Assembly: GCA_964016885.1 (NCBI GenBank)
Contig: OZ024743.1
Coordinates: 221,216,001 to 221,280,000, forward strand
From: Eledone cirrhosa
Lineage: Eukaryota
DNA: 64,000 nt
Reading direction: 5' to 3'
Part shown: positions 26,109 through 42,810 of the stretch, one piece after another
Layout of the letters: each line of letters opens with the position of its first letter
Numbering within the stretch: position 1 is the first letter of the stretch
Position numbers and translations under genes: made by a program
Notes under the pieces: model-generated
The model's input: only the letters and a program-made list of their open reading frames with translations
Databases searched by the model: none
What the model was told of the DNA's origin: nothing

Positions 26109-26279
26109 GTCTTTTCTTTCTCGATCTCAGCAGTTAAGAAGAGGTTGTTGCAGCACAGCGACTCTCCGTGGAGCGTAGTTCAAATTTAACTTAGACATAG
26201 AAATGGCCAACAGCTTTTCATGTCTTAGATTACTGTCAGTATTCTTTGTGTGTGTATATTGGTGGGGTATAATTACCTG

Positions 26280-27945
<1,666 letters not shown>

Positions 27946-28529
27946 AAGAGAGAGAAAGAGGGAGGGAGGGGGGGGGGTGAAGAGTGGGAGAGAGCCATGC
28001 TGAGAGATAGATGCGAAGGTAGTAGGAGTGATATAGATAGAGAGAGAGACGGAGAGAAGCCTACTTAGATGTAAGATAAAATGAGAAAGAGAGTGAAACA
28101 TTCAGATATAAATTGTGAGATAAAGTAAGTTATACAGATATACGGAGAGATAGAGAAAAAAAAGAAAGGTAACTGGGAGATAATAGTAGAGACATAACTA
28201 TACTGTGTTAGAGAAAGAGAAGGAGAGAGACATAGGTAGATGTGAGATAAATAGAATTATTGAGAGAAGAAAATGAGAGAAATTGGGGGAGAGTGGAAAC
28301 GAAAAAGTGGAAGAAACTCCATTAATACCACACTACATGTTGTACGTGTGTGCACTTCTATATTTGTATGCGGGTATATATTCACACATACATATACATA
28401 TAATGTATACATACATGCATAAATATATGCATACATACATAAATGAATATAAGTGGTTCCTTTTTTATCATATGGAACTTTGTCTTTCACACAGGCACGC
28501 GTACACACACACACGCACATATATAAGTA

Positions 28530-29545
<1,016 letters not shown>

Positions 29546-30794
29546 TAATTTATTTTTGAAGTACAAATATATATATATAAGTATATATATACATATTTAT
29601 ATATATGCTAAACAGAATGCGCACAGAACAAAGGCAACGGAAAAAAAATAACTGAAAAATGGACAGTCCTTTCTCATCAGTCAAAGGAAATTACTATAGA
29701 TTCCGTTCATCAAGGTTGGGACTTTTCATCCCAGTGTGTAAAGCAAAGTTGGATATGATAAAAAACATACAAAGTTTGGCCAAGACACCGAATATTAGTC
29801 ATTCTGTCCAGGGTTTATGTAGTGGCTTCACATAGAAACAAAGTGAGCGAGGCGCAACAGAAAACTGTATTTAGTTAATGACTGTAGCCCTCAGGAAGAC
29901 AACATGTACATTGTAGCGTATCCTGTCAGATTATTGAATAAGAATTTAATAATATGACGAGGAATGTAATACAGCAATTCCTGGTTTAATGATCAATTTC
30001 ATGTTGACCGATAATACTCGTAAAGGAATTGGTCGGTAAACGAATATTTCATTTAACGAATAGATTCCGTTCCAATGACATAGACGTTCCAATACCTTTA
30101 GATATAGTTTTCATGTCACGAGAAGTGTGATAAAGCCTATAAGAGAACAAAAAGTTAGCAAGTATCAATTATTTATTAAATGGATTATCTGAATAAATTC
30201 TTAAATGTCTAATGAAAACATCTTAGGAACTGTTTTATTTTACAAAACTTCACAAACCTAAAAATATTTTGAATCATAAAAACGTAGATTTAATGGATAA
30301 GGAACATATAAAAAATATGTAACATTAAAAAATTACATAAAAGAAATTAAAAAAGTACTTAACATAAATATGTGTACACAAAATATTTATGGACGTAAGC
30401 GTGAAAGATCATTAAACGAAACTGTCGTTAAGTGGGGAGTTACTGTATGTAATAAAACCTTTATTAGAAATTGTAAGCCTGTCTTTCTGTAAATCTGTCA
30501 ATAAGATGATTGCCATTCCAGCTCATAAAAACATCGAATTGTATAATATGATATAAATTAAATATAGATGATGACCACCCGTAAGGAGGAAACTGAGAGC
30601 AATGCAACATATTTGAAATAGAAATGAATTCTATAAGATTGTGAAATGCCTATTGCAATCCTAAATGAGAAGAATGCGAAGATTTCAGGATGCCCCTCAC
30701 AACTAAACACACACACCAGGCACATATATACATAAGTGTATGTATGTACGTATGTATGTATGTATGTATGTATGTATGTATGTGTATATATACA

Positions 30795-30886
<92 letters not shown>

Positions 30887-31311
30887 CATATATATTAGTA
30901 ATAAGGTTATAGGAAATATATTTACTATATTCTCGATTGCTCATATTACTCACTCAATGAGATTTGGTTTGAACGCATGGGTGTCCAAACGTCTCTCAGA
31001 GTGGTAACAAAATGTATATTTGTAATGAGGTCACACGTTAAATACACACACACAGACACACACACACATATAAATATATCTATATATATATATATATATA
31101 TCTATGTATATATATATATATATATAAATATGTATATATATATGTATATGGATATATATGTATATATATATATATATATACACACACACATATATATATA
31201 TATATATACATATATATACATATACATATATATATATATACATATTTATATATATATACATATACATATGTATATATATACATATTTATATATATATATA
31301 TACACATACAT

Positions 31312-31356
<45 letters not shown>

Positions 31357-31365
31357 CATACACAT

Positions 31366-31406
<41 letters not shown>

Positions 31407-31415
31407 CATACACAT

Positions 31416-31450
<35 letters not shown>

Positions 31451-31993
31451 ATCACACATACATATATATATATATCAGTTGAAATTTCTGTTATTCAACA
31501 TCTCGAAGTGAACTACATTATGCTGGTGGTCCCGTGTCGTCAATAATGACGACAATGGCGTTGAAGGTATTACGTTTTGAGGAATCTAGGATTAGTATAC
31601 TATATAACCACGATTACTGAAATATTGCATATGGACAATCATATGAAACAGGAAATGTTTGTTTTGATGTATTATTAGCATAACATAAAACATACTTTCT
31701 GTTATTATTGACACGTAGGGGTTGTTAAAGTTAACTATATTTTAATAATTCATTTCTAGGATTTACATGATATATTCCACAAATAAATAATTTCCAGATT
31801 GTATAAGTAAATAAATAATATGTTCAGCACATATGTAGAAATGACATAAAGGATTAAATACAAGAGTAGCTTTGGAGAAATAACAATTTCGAGTGACTGA
31901 TGTAGTGTCTGGTGAGTGGAATGGAAACTTCTTATTGAAACATTACACATCACGTTTATGTGTATGTACGTCTGTGTACAGTTTAAAGATTAA

Positions 31994-32132
<139 letters not shown>

Positions 32133-32599
32133 TAGACCTGTAGACGTTATGAGACGTGATATTTCTGTTATAAATACTTACTTATTCCATATATTTGTAA
32201 TATTTTATGTATTTAATCATACAATATATATAACGTTATATATATAACGTTATGTTGTATTTGTGCGCATGCGTATGTGTGTGTGTGTGTATTTATATAT
32301 ATTATATCATATGTGTGTACGTAATTGTGTATAGTATTATAACATATGTGTTTACGTGAGTGTGTAATATATTGTATTATATCACATATGTATGCATGTT
32401 TGCATGTATGTATGTGTATATAGGCATGCGTATATGTTGTTAACTGGGCTTTATTATAGACTTTACCATTAATACAGTAAACTATTTAATACACGCCATC
32501 CAGTGATAGAGCAGTGAACGTATAGTCGATCATTCAATTGCAGTCATGATGTCTGCTTGTGTAAATATTTGCAAATTATAGACTGAATTACCAATAATA

Positions 32600-33145
32600 A
32601 TTCTCTCTAGCATTGCTACAAGGCCAGCAATTTGAGAGAAGGGCAAAGTCCCTTATATCGACCCTAGTACTTAACTGGTACTTTATTTTGTCGACCTCAG
32701 AAAGATAAAAGGCAAAGGTGACTCGGCTGGACCTGAACTCAAACTGATACTTTATTTATCAACCACAGAACAATGAAAAAGAAAGATGACCCTGGTTGAA
32801 TTTAAACTCAGAAAAAATAATGATTTTGAATTTAGGCACAAGGCCGGCAATTTTACAGGAAGACGAATGTCGATTATAACGACTCCAGTATTCGAATGGT
32901 ACTAGATTTTGCCCTAGGTAAACTGAAAGACAAACTTGAGCCCAATGGGCTTTGAACTCAGCTATAATAATTGTTTCTACTTTTGACACAAAGCCAGCAA
33001 TTAAATCAGTGTATTACTGGTACTTTATGTTATCGACCCCGTAAGGATGAAAGGCAAAGTTAACCTCGGCGAATGATCTTTAATTTAGTCCTAAGCCAGG
33101 AATTTTGGCGAGAGGGTGTTGATTAAATCGACCCTAGTACTTAGA
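32600..33145 (-). mobile_element. Cluster of 3-4 degenerate SINE family 1-related copies
   Basis: Repeated ACAAGGCCAGCAATT and CTGGTACTTTATTTTxTCGACC..AAAGGCAAAG blocks. Confidence 0.75.
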
Positions 33146-33704
33146 CTGTCTAACGATTCAGCCTAGCTATCTATATCCATTTGTATTGATAAGAGGTCTA
33201 ATCCCTTATATCTATATATTACTGGTAATTCTATGAATCAATAAGAGAGCATTTACATGGTTGGTCAACATAGAAATAACGACCAAATCGCCCCTCAAGT
33301 AGCTTCTTCTCATTTACAAAAATTACACATTCGATAATGTAGGCTACAGTTGGTCTGGATAAAAGATGGGATGATCACGTCTGAAATGGCCAGTATGCTT
33401 TTGATAATATTTCTGCTAAATCAGAGCAGACTTGGAGGTAAACAACAACTGCAAAACCGATTTCAATTAAATAAAATTCGAATTTTAATTTTGTAAGATA
33501 TTGGTATAGCCCCGCAACTCCCCAGGGAGTGGCCGGGGCACCGTATTGACATAATTGTACGGCGTTTCCCATTTATGAGATATTAAAAGAAAAAAATAAC
33601 ACGAATAAAAATGTTGAAAAAATTGTAGAGGGTTCCAACTTGACATACGGCGTTACGTGAGCATTTACATCCAGCGGAGTACATGCTTACCCAGGTCTAG
33701 TCAT

Positions 33705-33945
33705 TGTGAAGGTGTAGGGTCTAGTGATTAAGGTGTTGGGCTTATGATCGTAATGCTGTGTATACAGATGCTGGATTGGGTGCCGCGTTTTGTTCCTTCA
33801 TTTCAGATTGTCTTGCAATGGACTGGGACCTGTCCAAGGGTATTAGGTGCATTATACTCTCGGTCATTTAAATCCAATGAAACTAGGATAAGTTCCGATC
33901 TGGTGAGTTACGGGACCAACAACCTGATTTGAGTATTACAGTTGA
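33705..33945 (+). mobile_element. Old SINE (second family), degenerate
   Basis: Head GTGAAGGTGTAGGGTCTAGTGATTAAGGTGTTGG resembles the reverse complement of 19950-19995. Confidence 0.45.
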
Positions 33946-33949
33946 AACT

Positions 33950-36120
33950 CTTAAAGGGCAGACCAAAAGCTAACCAACTGAAAATCACCAGGCTCAGATG
34001 GTGTGCAAGGGTATTGGATTAAAAATATAACATCCCTCCACTCGAAACTGACAACCATGTTCAATGGCTGCTTGATGTCGGGTGAGGTACCAGAGTGGTT
34101 GGCAAAAGGTACCACAGTTCTGGTAATGAAAGACCGAATCAAGGGTAATTATGTTGCCAACTATAGACCTATCACATGTCTGTCCGTAAGGTGGAAACTG
34201 TTAACAATAATTGTGTCTGAGGAAATCTACAATCCCCTCCACATAAAAAAACTTGTTACCAAACAGTTACTTATTGATAAGATGGTAAAGAGGAGACACA
34301 ATGTTCTTGCCATGGGATGGATAGATTACAAAAAGACATTCGACATGGTACCTCATTCTTGGATAACCAAAAGCCTATAGATCTTCAAGGTGGCAGATAA
34401 CATCAGACAGTTGTTGAGCAAAAGTATGAAGTCCTGGGAAACAGAGTTAACATCGGGTGGAGAATCCTTGGGAGGCGTGAACATCAAGAGAGGTATCTTC
34501 CAGGGAGATAGTTTGTCCCCTTTGCTGTTTGTCTTTGCCCTGATACCTCTGACTGTTATATTGCGAAAAGTGAGAGCAGGATACAAGTTGGGAAAAGGAG
34601 AGCTTACCATCAACCACCTCCTCTTCATGGACGATCTTAAACTCTTTGGGAAGAGTGAGAAGGATTTGGATGTACTTGTTGACACTGTCCGTATTTTCAG
34701 CAATGATATATGTATGGAATTTCGTATTAATAAGTGTGGAGTCCTAGTGATGAAGAGGGGTAAATTGAGCAGAAGCAACGGAATCCAGGTACCAACAGGT
34801 GAGATGATAAAGGAAATTGACAATGAAGAGGGATACAAATATTTTGGTGTTCTGGAGGCATATGACATCAAGAACAAAAAAATTAAGGAATTCATAAGAT
34901 CTGAGTACATAAGGAGAGTAAGGAGCGTCTTAAAATCACATCTAAATAGTAGGAATGTCATAAGTGCAGTGAATTCACGAGCTGTGTCTATTATTAGGTA
35001 CAGAGCGGGAATTCTGAAATGGAATGTTGATGAACAAAAAGAAATGGTAGGAAGACAAGGAGGCTATTGACTATCTACAACATGTTCCACAAGAGGAGTG
35101 ATGTCGATAGACTCTACTTAAGGAGATCTGAAGGTGGAAGAGGTCTTATCAGCATAGAAGACTGTGTTCAGATGGAGAAAAAGAACCTGCACAAATTTGT
35201 GACTGACAGTAGGGAGCCAATGCTCAAAATTGTACTGAAGGAGAAGACAATAAACCAGTGGATATCCAAGGAGGAAATAACAAGGAGGAAGAGCAGCCTT
35301 CATGAAAAGTCCCTTCATAGTACCTTCATTGAGAAAACTGAATTCAGAGATCCACAGACATGGAATTGGTTGAAAAGAGGAGACCTTAAAAAAACTACAG
35401 AAGAAATGCTAATGGCTGCGCAAGAGCAGGCCCTCAAAACACCATATTTACAAGGAGGAGGCTAGCCCACTGTGCAGGATCTGTGGAGAGAGAGAGGAGA
35501 CTGTGGCTCACATTGTATCCGAGTGTAAACACCTAGCCCAGACTCACTATAAAGGCTGGAGACATGATGTGATGGGCAGGGTGATCCACTGGCACCTATG
35601 CAAAGTAAACAATTTACCACATTCTGAGAAGTGGTATGAGCATAAGCCAGAGTCGGTGATAGAAAACGATCAAGAGAAGGTGCTGTGGGATTTTAGGATA
35701 CAGACGGACAAGAAACTGGAACACTATAGACCTGACCTGGTGGTTTTGGACAAGGAAAAAAGATCGTGCCTGATTGTGGATGTGGCCTGCCCATTCGACA
35801 CGAGAGTGCAAGAGAAGGAGAGGGAGAAAATTAACCGATACCAGGACTTAAAGTGGGAGGTAAAAAGGATTTGGAACTGCCATGAGGTCAAAGTGGTCCC
35901 GATTGTCATAGGCGCACTAGGTACTATCTCAAGGAGTTTCCAGGGTTTGTTAAAGAAAATTGACCACGCCCGGCTTTTTGGAACACTTCAAAAGGCATGC
36001 TTGCTGGGAACAGTAAGAACCCTCCGATACGTCCTGAATATCTGAGGCTGCAGGTAGTGGCTTGATATTCATTTCAACAAACTTTCCAGTTAACTAACAT
36101 CAATGACTGAGACTCAAAGA
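33950..36120 (+). mobile_element. R4/Dong-clade non-LTR retrotransposon (RT + CCHC + RLE), 5'-truncated and frameshifted
   Basis: KSPGSDG, NYRPITCL, WIDYKKTFDMVPH, GIFQGDSLSP, LFMDD, CRIC..H..C, RHD, WDF..TD..RPD..D..P, K..RY, IGALG; ends in (TAA)n. Confidence 0.93.
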
Positions 36121-36146
36121 ATAATAATAATAATAATAATAGTAAT

Positions 36147-36215
36147 GAATTCTTTATTGGCCACAAGGCCTGACATCAAGAAAAACATTACAGACGGCAT
36201 AGGACGGTACGATGT
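36147..36215 (-). mobile_element. Very short 3' end fragment of a Tx1-like LINE
   Basis: TCTTTATTGGCCACAAGG..ATAGGACGGTAC resembles the 3' terminus at 36264-36340; lies between TAA runs. Confidence 0.6.
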
Positions 36216-36216
36216 G

Positions 36217-36253
<37 letters not shown>

Positions 36254-36508
36254 TAATAATAATGCTTTCTTTATTAACCACAAGCGTTTACATAAAGTAG
36301 ACATTAAGGACAGTACAGGACAATATAGGACGGTACAAATGGGCATTGTACAAAAAACAGAGGATGTAATAAAAAATAACAATGAAAAATTCCCCAATAG
36401 AGGGGAGACTTCCGAGGGACATTTATGGAGAAAGCCCATTAAAAGGCCACAGTGAACTTGACCACCAGGGCAAGTGCCCTCTCCCAGTTTTCCACCTTTA
36501 ATTTACAG

Positions 36509-38708
36509 TCAGATACTCAGAGTAGGCCCATTCACACAGGCCATACTTGCTTCTCTCACCCATCTTTCAACAAAATGCTGGGAAGAGAGCACTTCCCTCT
36601 CTACCCTGATTTTCCTTTTCAAATGAAATTTGAAAAAGTTAATCAGGGCATCACCGAAGGGGTAAGTGCTCGTCTTCAGCCCTTTCAAACGTGCCCACCA
36701 TACTATATCTTTCGCAATGGCCACCAGACTGATAAAAACTTCCTGCCCTTCCCGGCTAAAGGAAGAGGGCGGGGCAATCCTCATGATGGACTCAGCTGAT
36801 AGCCGGATCCGCCCTACACGTGACAGCAGGTGTTCGACATAAACCCACAAGTCAGCAATGCTCGGACACTGGATGAGTGCGTGCAGGACGGTTTCGTCGC
36901 CCTGCGCGCATCTCGGACATTCCCGGCTGACGGCACCTCCATGCCTGTAGAGTTTATCCCGAACTGGCAAAGCTCCTCGGTAGCACTGCCAGGCCAGGGA
37001 TTTCTGGAAGTTGTCCATAGGCCCCGGCCCGAAAGTCCTTCCGAAGAGATTGGCTAGTTGATTTTCGTCGACGCCTCGAGTTTCTCCAAGTACGTCGTCG
37101 CTCTTCCCCTCCACTAATCCTCTATAGAACGCCAAAGTGGAGCTTCCACCGATCACATTGCCCGATTGGTCGAGGGCTGTGAGCGCCTGAAGACATTCCA
37201 GTCTCCAAGCGCTCCCTCTCGGTCTTCGCTTGACCCAGGACTGCAGCTCCGTCAAGGAGACGAGCTGGGGAAAGACGTGTCTAGCAAACGGCGACCACAC
37301 CTGATCACCGTCGAGGAAGAGGTGGAGATGTGGTAGCCTGAGCACGTGTCTGCGTATCATCAGCCACGGCATGCCAAGCCCTCCACGTTACGGGTGTTGA
37401 CAGCATATGGACCGCCTGACCATCGGAGCGCGACCCTTCCACAAAAAGCGAAAGAGCAAACGCTCCAGCGCAGTCAGGCGGGGATTAGGACAAGGTACGA
37501 CGGTCAGGCGGTAGTAGATGACGGATGCGATGTACGCATTCGCCACCTCCGCTCGACCTTTCAGGGATAGCTTCCTCTCCGCCCATTTCTGGGTGAGAGA
37601 AGCCACCCTGCTCGTCACCTCGTCCCAGTTTTTGTCCGTCTGGAGATCCGGACCGAACCAGACACCTAGCAATTTAACCGGTTCGTTCGTCCAGCACCCG
37701 ACGACGCTGTTGGACGGCATGGACCTGCCTCTCCAGGTGCCGAGCTGCAGGACCACTGACATTTCCTGGTTGATCATTGCTCTTGTCACCGCTTCGTATT
37801 CTCTTAGTGTAGTGCCGATCGCCTCGATGTGTTTGGGGTTCGACACCACTACGGTGACATCGTCGGCATTGGCTGATAAGATCTTCCGCATCCTAGTTCG
37901 CGCGGGATCCCCCTCAACGTCTCCAGTTTGAGCAGTAATGGCTCGAGAGTCAATACGTACAAGAGGGACGATAGGGGACATCCTTGGCGGACCGAGCGCA
38001 TGATGTTGAACGGTTCCAAAAGGTGACCGTTCACTCTCACCACAGAGCAGATATCGCTGTTCATGGCAGCGATCCAGCCCCAGAAGACGGGCCCAAAGCC
38101 AGCCGCCCTCACGACTGCCGCTAGGTAACGATGGTCGACCTTATCGAAAGCTTTCGACTGATCTAAATTGATCAAGGACCCACCCGTGCCAGGTTCCCTA
38201 GCTACCCTCTCTACGATGTATCGCATGAGGTGGAGGTTGTCGTGGATGGATCTGTCGGGAATGGCGCCACTCCCACCAGACTACCAACGACATGCGCCAA
38301 TCTCTTTGCTAGCACCTTGGCCAAAATCTTGAACTCTGTGTTTAGCAGAGTTATGGGCCTAAAATTATCTATGTTAGCCCCCTTGTTCGGATCCTTTCTC
38401 AGCAGCTCCACATCTCCTCGGCTCACAGAGCTGGGAATTCTCATGTTCTGTTGCCAATTGCAGTAGACGTCCGCCAAGAGGTCTCAGAACAAGTCTGGAA
38501 TCTGTACGTAAAGTTCATAGGGCAGACCATCCAAACCAGGCGATTTACGCCTTGTGCACCAAGTCATTGCCCGTGCTTCGGAGATTCTGATCTCGCTGAT
38601 GACCACTACATCTATGTTTAGTGACCTGAGGTCGTTGAGCAGGTGGCCCTGCTTCCATGAAGACTTCAAGCCACGCACATTTATGCTGCCTATTCTGAGT
38701 GTGGTCAT
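36509..38708 (-). pseudogene. Tx1-like ORF2 (APE start, RT, zf-RVT), disrupted
   Basis: MTTLRIGSINVRGL, KSPGLDGLPYELY, NFRPITLLNTEFKILAK, LDQSKAFD, VRQGCPLS, ADDVTV, CPRC..ETVLHALIQC. Confidence 0.92.
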
Positions 38709-38741
38709 GTTGAAATGGAGTGGAAAAATGGGAAAGACCAC

Positions 38742-40534
38742 TTACCTTACTTCTCGTAGAGGAAGGATGGTTTCTCCCTCCTTTTCACTGCTTGTGGCCT
38801 CCTTCGGAAGGATGTCCTTATAAATCCTCCTGGAGAGGGCTTGTCGGAAGTCTCCGATGTCTTTGGGGAATTTTTGTTTTAGTGTCGTGTACGTTTTCTG
38901 TGTGATGCGAGTGATTCGTATGTGTGGAGGTGGTGTGAACTTTTGGGTTGTTGTGTAGTCTTTTTCTGTGATGCTGGTGTTGTGTTGCATGTAGTGTAAT
39001 AATTGGTTGTTGTTCAAATTTAATGCTGTGTTGTGTGTATCGTTTTGGTTGTTTTGTTTTGTTTGCGTTTGTTGTGGGTTTGTTTCTGTTTCGCTTTTTG
39101 GTGACTTTTGTGGTGTTGGAGATGGTGGTGTTGGGGTTAATGATGGTGATGGTGTTGTTGTTTGTGGTGATGGGGTTGGTGATGCTGGTGTGGATGGTCG
39201 CATAGCTGTCCTAACTTTTTTGTTTCCCTCTGTATTTTGTTTTTGGAGGGGGAAGGAAGGGGATTTTTTTCTTATTTGGTTTCTTTTTCTTTTTTTCTTT
39301 TTTTCATTTTTTTATACCGTTTCCCACTCCTCGTCTTCACAATCTGTCTCCAGTTGCGATAAGTCGGGGAGTGGAAAATCCTCCACAGGCGTTGGTATTG
39401 GTTGTGGCGTGGTGGATGGTGTAGGCGCTGGTGCTAGTTCTGGTGCGTTGGGTGGTGATGGTGATGGTTTTGCTACTGTTGCTGGGGTTGTTGCTGTTAC
39501 AGTTGCTTCTGTTGTTGCTGCTACAGTTGTTGCTGCCATTTCTGCTGCTGGTGGTGTTGATGGTTGAGTCACTGGGGTGGGTAAGAGAGGTGGCCTCAAC
39601 CTTTTAGCCTGAGGGCAGAAATCCCTTAGGTGGGTTCCTTCACCACAAACGACACACCTAGGCCTTCTGCCCTCGACGATTACGGTGAGGTGGCTGCCGT
39701 CAGTGAGATTTATTACCTCTGGGATCTCCTCAATGCTTTTTGGGTCCGCTTGGATCAGGAGCTCCATCCCAGATCCGGACCAGTTCTCCTGCTTTTCTTT
39801 CGCTATTTCGATTATCTTGGTGTTGGCTTCGATGCCGGCGAGGACGGCAGCCATTAGCCAAGGAATTTCGATGGCCGGTGGAACGTGGGTCACCCTGTTC
39901 TTCACGAGTCTCTGGCCACAATAGCTTGGGACGAGTGTGAAGTCGTCACTTCTTAATGGGGCGATGGATTGTTCTCTGGCCTCCTGTGGTTTTTCAAAGA
40001 ATACGTCAACGATTCCATATTTCTGCCCACGTCTGATGTGGGTTTTTTTTTGCCCACACATATTCCAAAGGTTTTGGGATTTGGGACTCGGATGCCCGTT
40101 CCATTCGGCGTGATTTTATGTTAATCGTCCGATAAGACACGGTGCATAGGCGCCGATGCTCCATTTTATTAGATGTGTGTGTGTTGGGTAGGGGTCTGAG
40201 CCTGTACCCATCTTTCTTTACCATTCTTTTGGCTTCTTCTAATTCCTCCTGAGTTACCTGAAATGCTTCGCACTTTTTTGCTACTCTGGCAAAAGACAGG
40301 GTTGTTTTCTTAATTTCATTGTTGCTGTTGTTGTTATCGCTATTTTTGTTTTTGTTAATTTTAGTTTCAGTTGTGGTGGTGGTGGTGTCTGCCTGAGACT
40401 AAATTTAAAATAATGCTACTGCTTATATTTTTAGTGTTGGCAAACGTAGTAATATTTACAATGGTGGTGTCGGTGTGAGGTGTTAGTTTGTGAGGAAGGC
40501 TCTCAGCTACTGGGTTCTGCTGTGAGTCGGCCAT
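38742..40534 (-). pseudogene. Tx1-like ORF1 (gag-like), frameshifted
   Basis: ATG at 40534; zinc knuckle CVVCGEGTHLRDFC (CX2CX4HX4C); P/T-rich C-terminal region; split across several ORFs. Confidence 0.8.
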
Positions 40535-41004
40535 GATTTTTCAAATAATTTTTTTTTTGTTTGATAATTATAAAAGTTTAAATTTTGGGCTCAAGGCCGC
40601 AATCTTTTTGTGTGTCCTTTTCAGAAAACAATGTATGTGCACTTATATACAGTTAACAATAACATTTTTCCAATAATGACAATTTTAAACAACTGAAAAT
40701 AACAAACCTTTGCGGAGCTCACGATAATACGATTTACTACGTAGGTCGCCAATAATAATAATAATAATAATAAATATGAAACAAAATTAAGAAACAGAAA
40801 TTAAATAAAATTAACATAACCTTTTCTTTATCGTTATTATATTGTTATTATTTCGTTATTATTTCGTTATTGTTTCTATATTTTTTCTTCAACAGCTCAT
40901 TGTAGATTACACTAGAAAGTTCTATATAGCCATTGCCTTAGACATAATACGGTCGACTATAACATGAAAAGAGGTTTTTAAAAAAGCACTGAAACAATGT
41001 CCTC

Positions 41005-41545
41005 ATTATCATCATCATCATCACCACCACCGCAGCCACCTCAAACACGATCAATCCCATCATCAACATCATCATCACCATCCCCATCACTATCACTACC
41101 ACTACCACAACCACAACTCCCACCACAACCACCAGCACTCCCATCATCAACATCGTCATCATCATCACCATCATCATCACCATCGCCACCACTACCACTA
41201 CCACAACCAGCACCACAACCATCATCAACATCAACATCATCATCACCACCACAACCACCACAACCACCAGCATTCCCATCATCATCATCATCATCATCAC
41301 CATCACCATCATCACCACTACCCCTACCACAACCATCACCACAACCATCATCAACATCAACATCATCATCACCACCACAACCATAACCATCATAACCATC
41401 AGCACTCCCATCATCAACAGCATCATCACCACCACCACAACCACCACAAACACCAGCACACCTATCATCAACATCATCATCACCATCACCTACACTACCG
41501 CTACAACAACCACAACCCCCACCACAACCATCATGATCATCAATG
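41005..41545. repeat. (CAT/CAC/CAA)n low-complexity tract
   Basis: Directly visible. Confidence 0.9.
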
Positions 41546-41855
41546 TTATTATTTGTATCATTATAGCTATTGCTTTTACTAAGATTTAAGAAATTAAATT
41601 CCTCATTTCATTATTCACCCTCTATCACTACATTTTTTCATAAACAAAAAATAAATAAAAATAACAGCAACAACAACAACATGTATACTATATAACTAAT
41701 TAGTAATTTAAGATATTCAATAATTTGAAATGAAATGTCTAAAACAAGTTACATTATGATACAAAATAAACTAAAACAAAGTGAAAAAAAAGAATGAAAG
41801 TAGATCAGATTCTAAAATGATAACAACAACTACAACAACAATAATAATAATAATA

Positions 41856-42038
41856 ATTGTTTCTACTTTTGGCACAAGGCAAGCAATTACCCAGTGCATT
41901 ACTGGTACTTTATTTTATCGACCCCGTAAGGATGAAAAGCAAAGTTAACCTCGGTGGGATTTGAACTCAGAATGGCAAAGGGACGTAACTATGCTGGAAA
42001 GCATGGCGTCCGACCCTCTAGCGATACTGCCAATCCAC
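41856..42038 (-). mobile_element. SINE family 1, full length
   Basis: Reverse complement matches 21107; flanked by (TAA)n. Confidence 0.92.
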
Positions 42039-42048
42039 ATAATAATAA

Positions 42049-42229
42049 TGGTTTCTACTTTTGGCACAAGGCCAGCAATTACCCAGTACATTACTGGTAC
42101 TTTATTTTATCGACCCCGTAAGGATGAAAGGCAAAGTTAACCTCGACGGGATTTGAACTCAAACCGCAAAGGGACGTAACTATGCTGGAAAGCATGGCGT
42201 CCGGCCCTCTAGCGATACTGCCAATCCAC
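42049..42229 (-). mobile_element. SINE family 1, full length (tandem second copy)
   Basis: Near identical to the adjacent copy; separated by (TAA)3. Confidence 0.92.
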
Positions 42230-42240
42230 ATAATAATAAT

Positions 42241-42797
42241 GATTTCATTTATTAGCCACAAGGGTCGACATGTAGGGGACAGTACAAATACGGACAGTGG
42301 GGGTTTACAATAAGGTCGAGTAAAAGTGCACAATGACAAGACTAATTTAACAATGAAGATATCAAAAATATAAAATAGACTATGCATAAATATAACAAAA
42401 TAAATTCCCCTGGGTGGATGACCCAGGGGAGACTCAGGTACCCCACCAATCCTGAACCACCCTGCGCTTCTAGGGCACCCAGGGAGAGCACCCCCTCCTC
42501 AAGTTAGCTAGCCTATAGGTGCATGGTCAAGGTAGGCCCATTCACACGGGCTATTCTCGCCACATTCATGCACCTTTTACAAATGTACTGGTGAAACTTG
42601 ATGAGGGATTGGCCGAAGAGAAAAGTGCCTGTCTTCAGTCCTTTTAATCTAGTCCACCATATAACCTCTTTCGCAACGGCCACCAGACGGAGGAAAATTG
42701 CCTGCTCTTCCTGACCTAAGGAAAGCAGCGGGTCAATCTTCACTATGGACTCGGCCGATAGCCAGATCCGCTCCACACGTGACAGTAGCTGTTCGAC
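42241..42797 (-). mobile_element. Tx1-like LINE 3' fragment (different subfamily)
   Basis: VEQLLSRVERIWLSAESI..LVAVAKEVIWWTRLKGLKT..VNGPTL is homologous to the ORF2 C-terminus at 36509-36850; TAA flanks. Confidence 0.88.
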
Positions 42798-42810
42798 AAT
42801 AATAATAATA

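Larger units (their letters stand above)
36264..40750 (-). mobile_element. Tx1/L1-clade LINE with both ends present, internally deleted and frameshifted
   Basis: ORF1 with zinc knuckle, ORF2 with APE N-terminus, RT and C-terminal CCHC; AATAAA at the 3' end; (TAA)n on both flanks. Confidence 0.92.
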
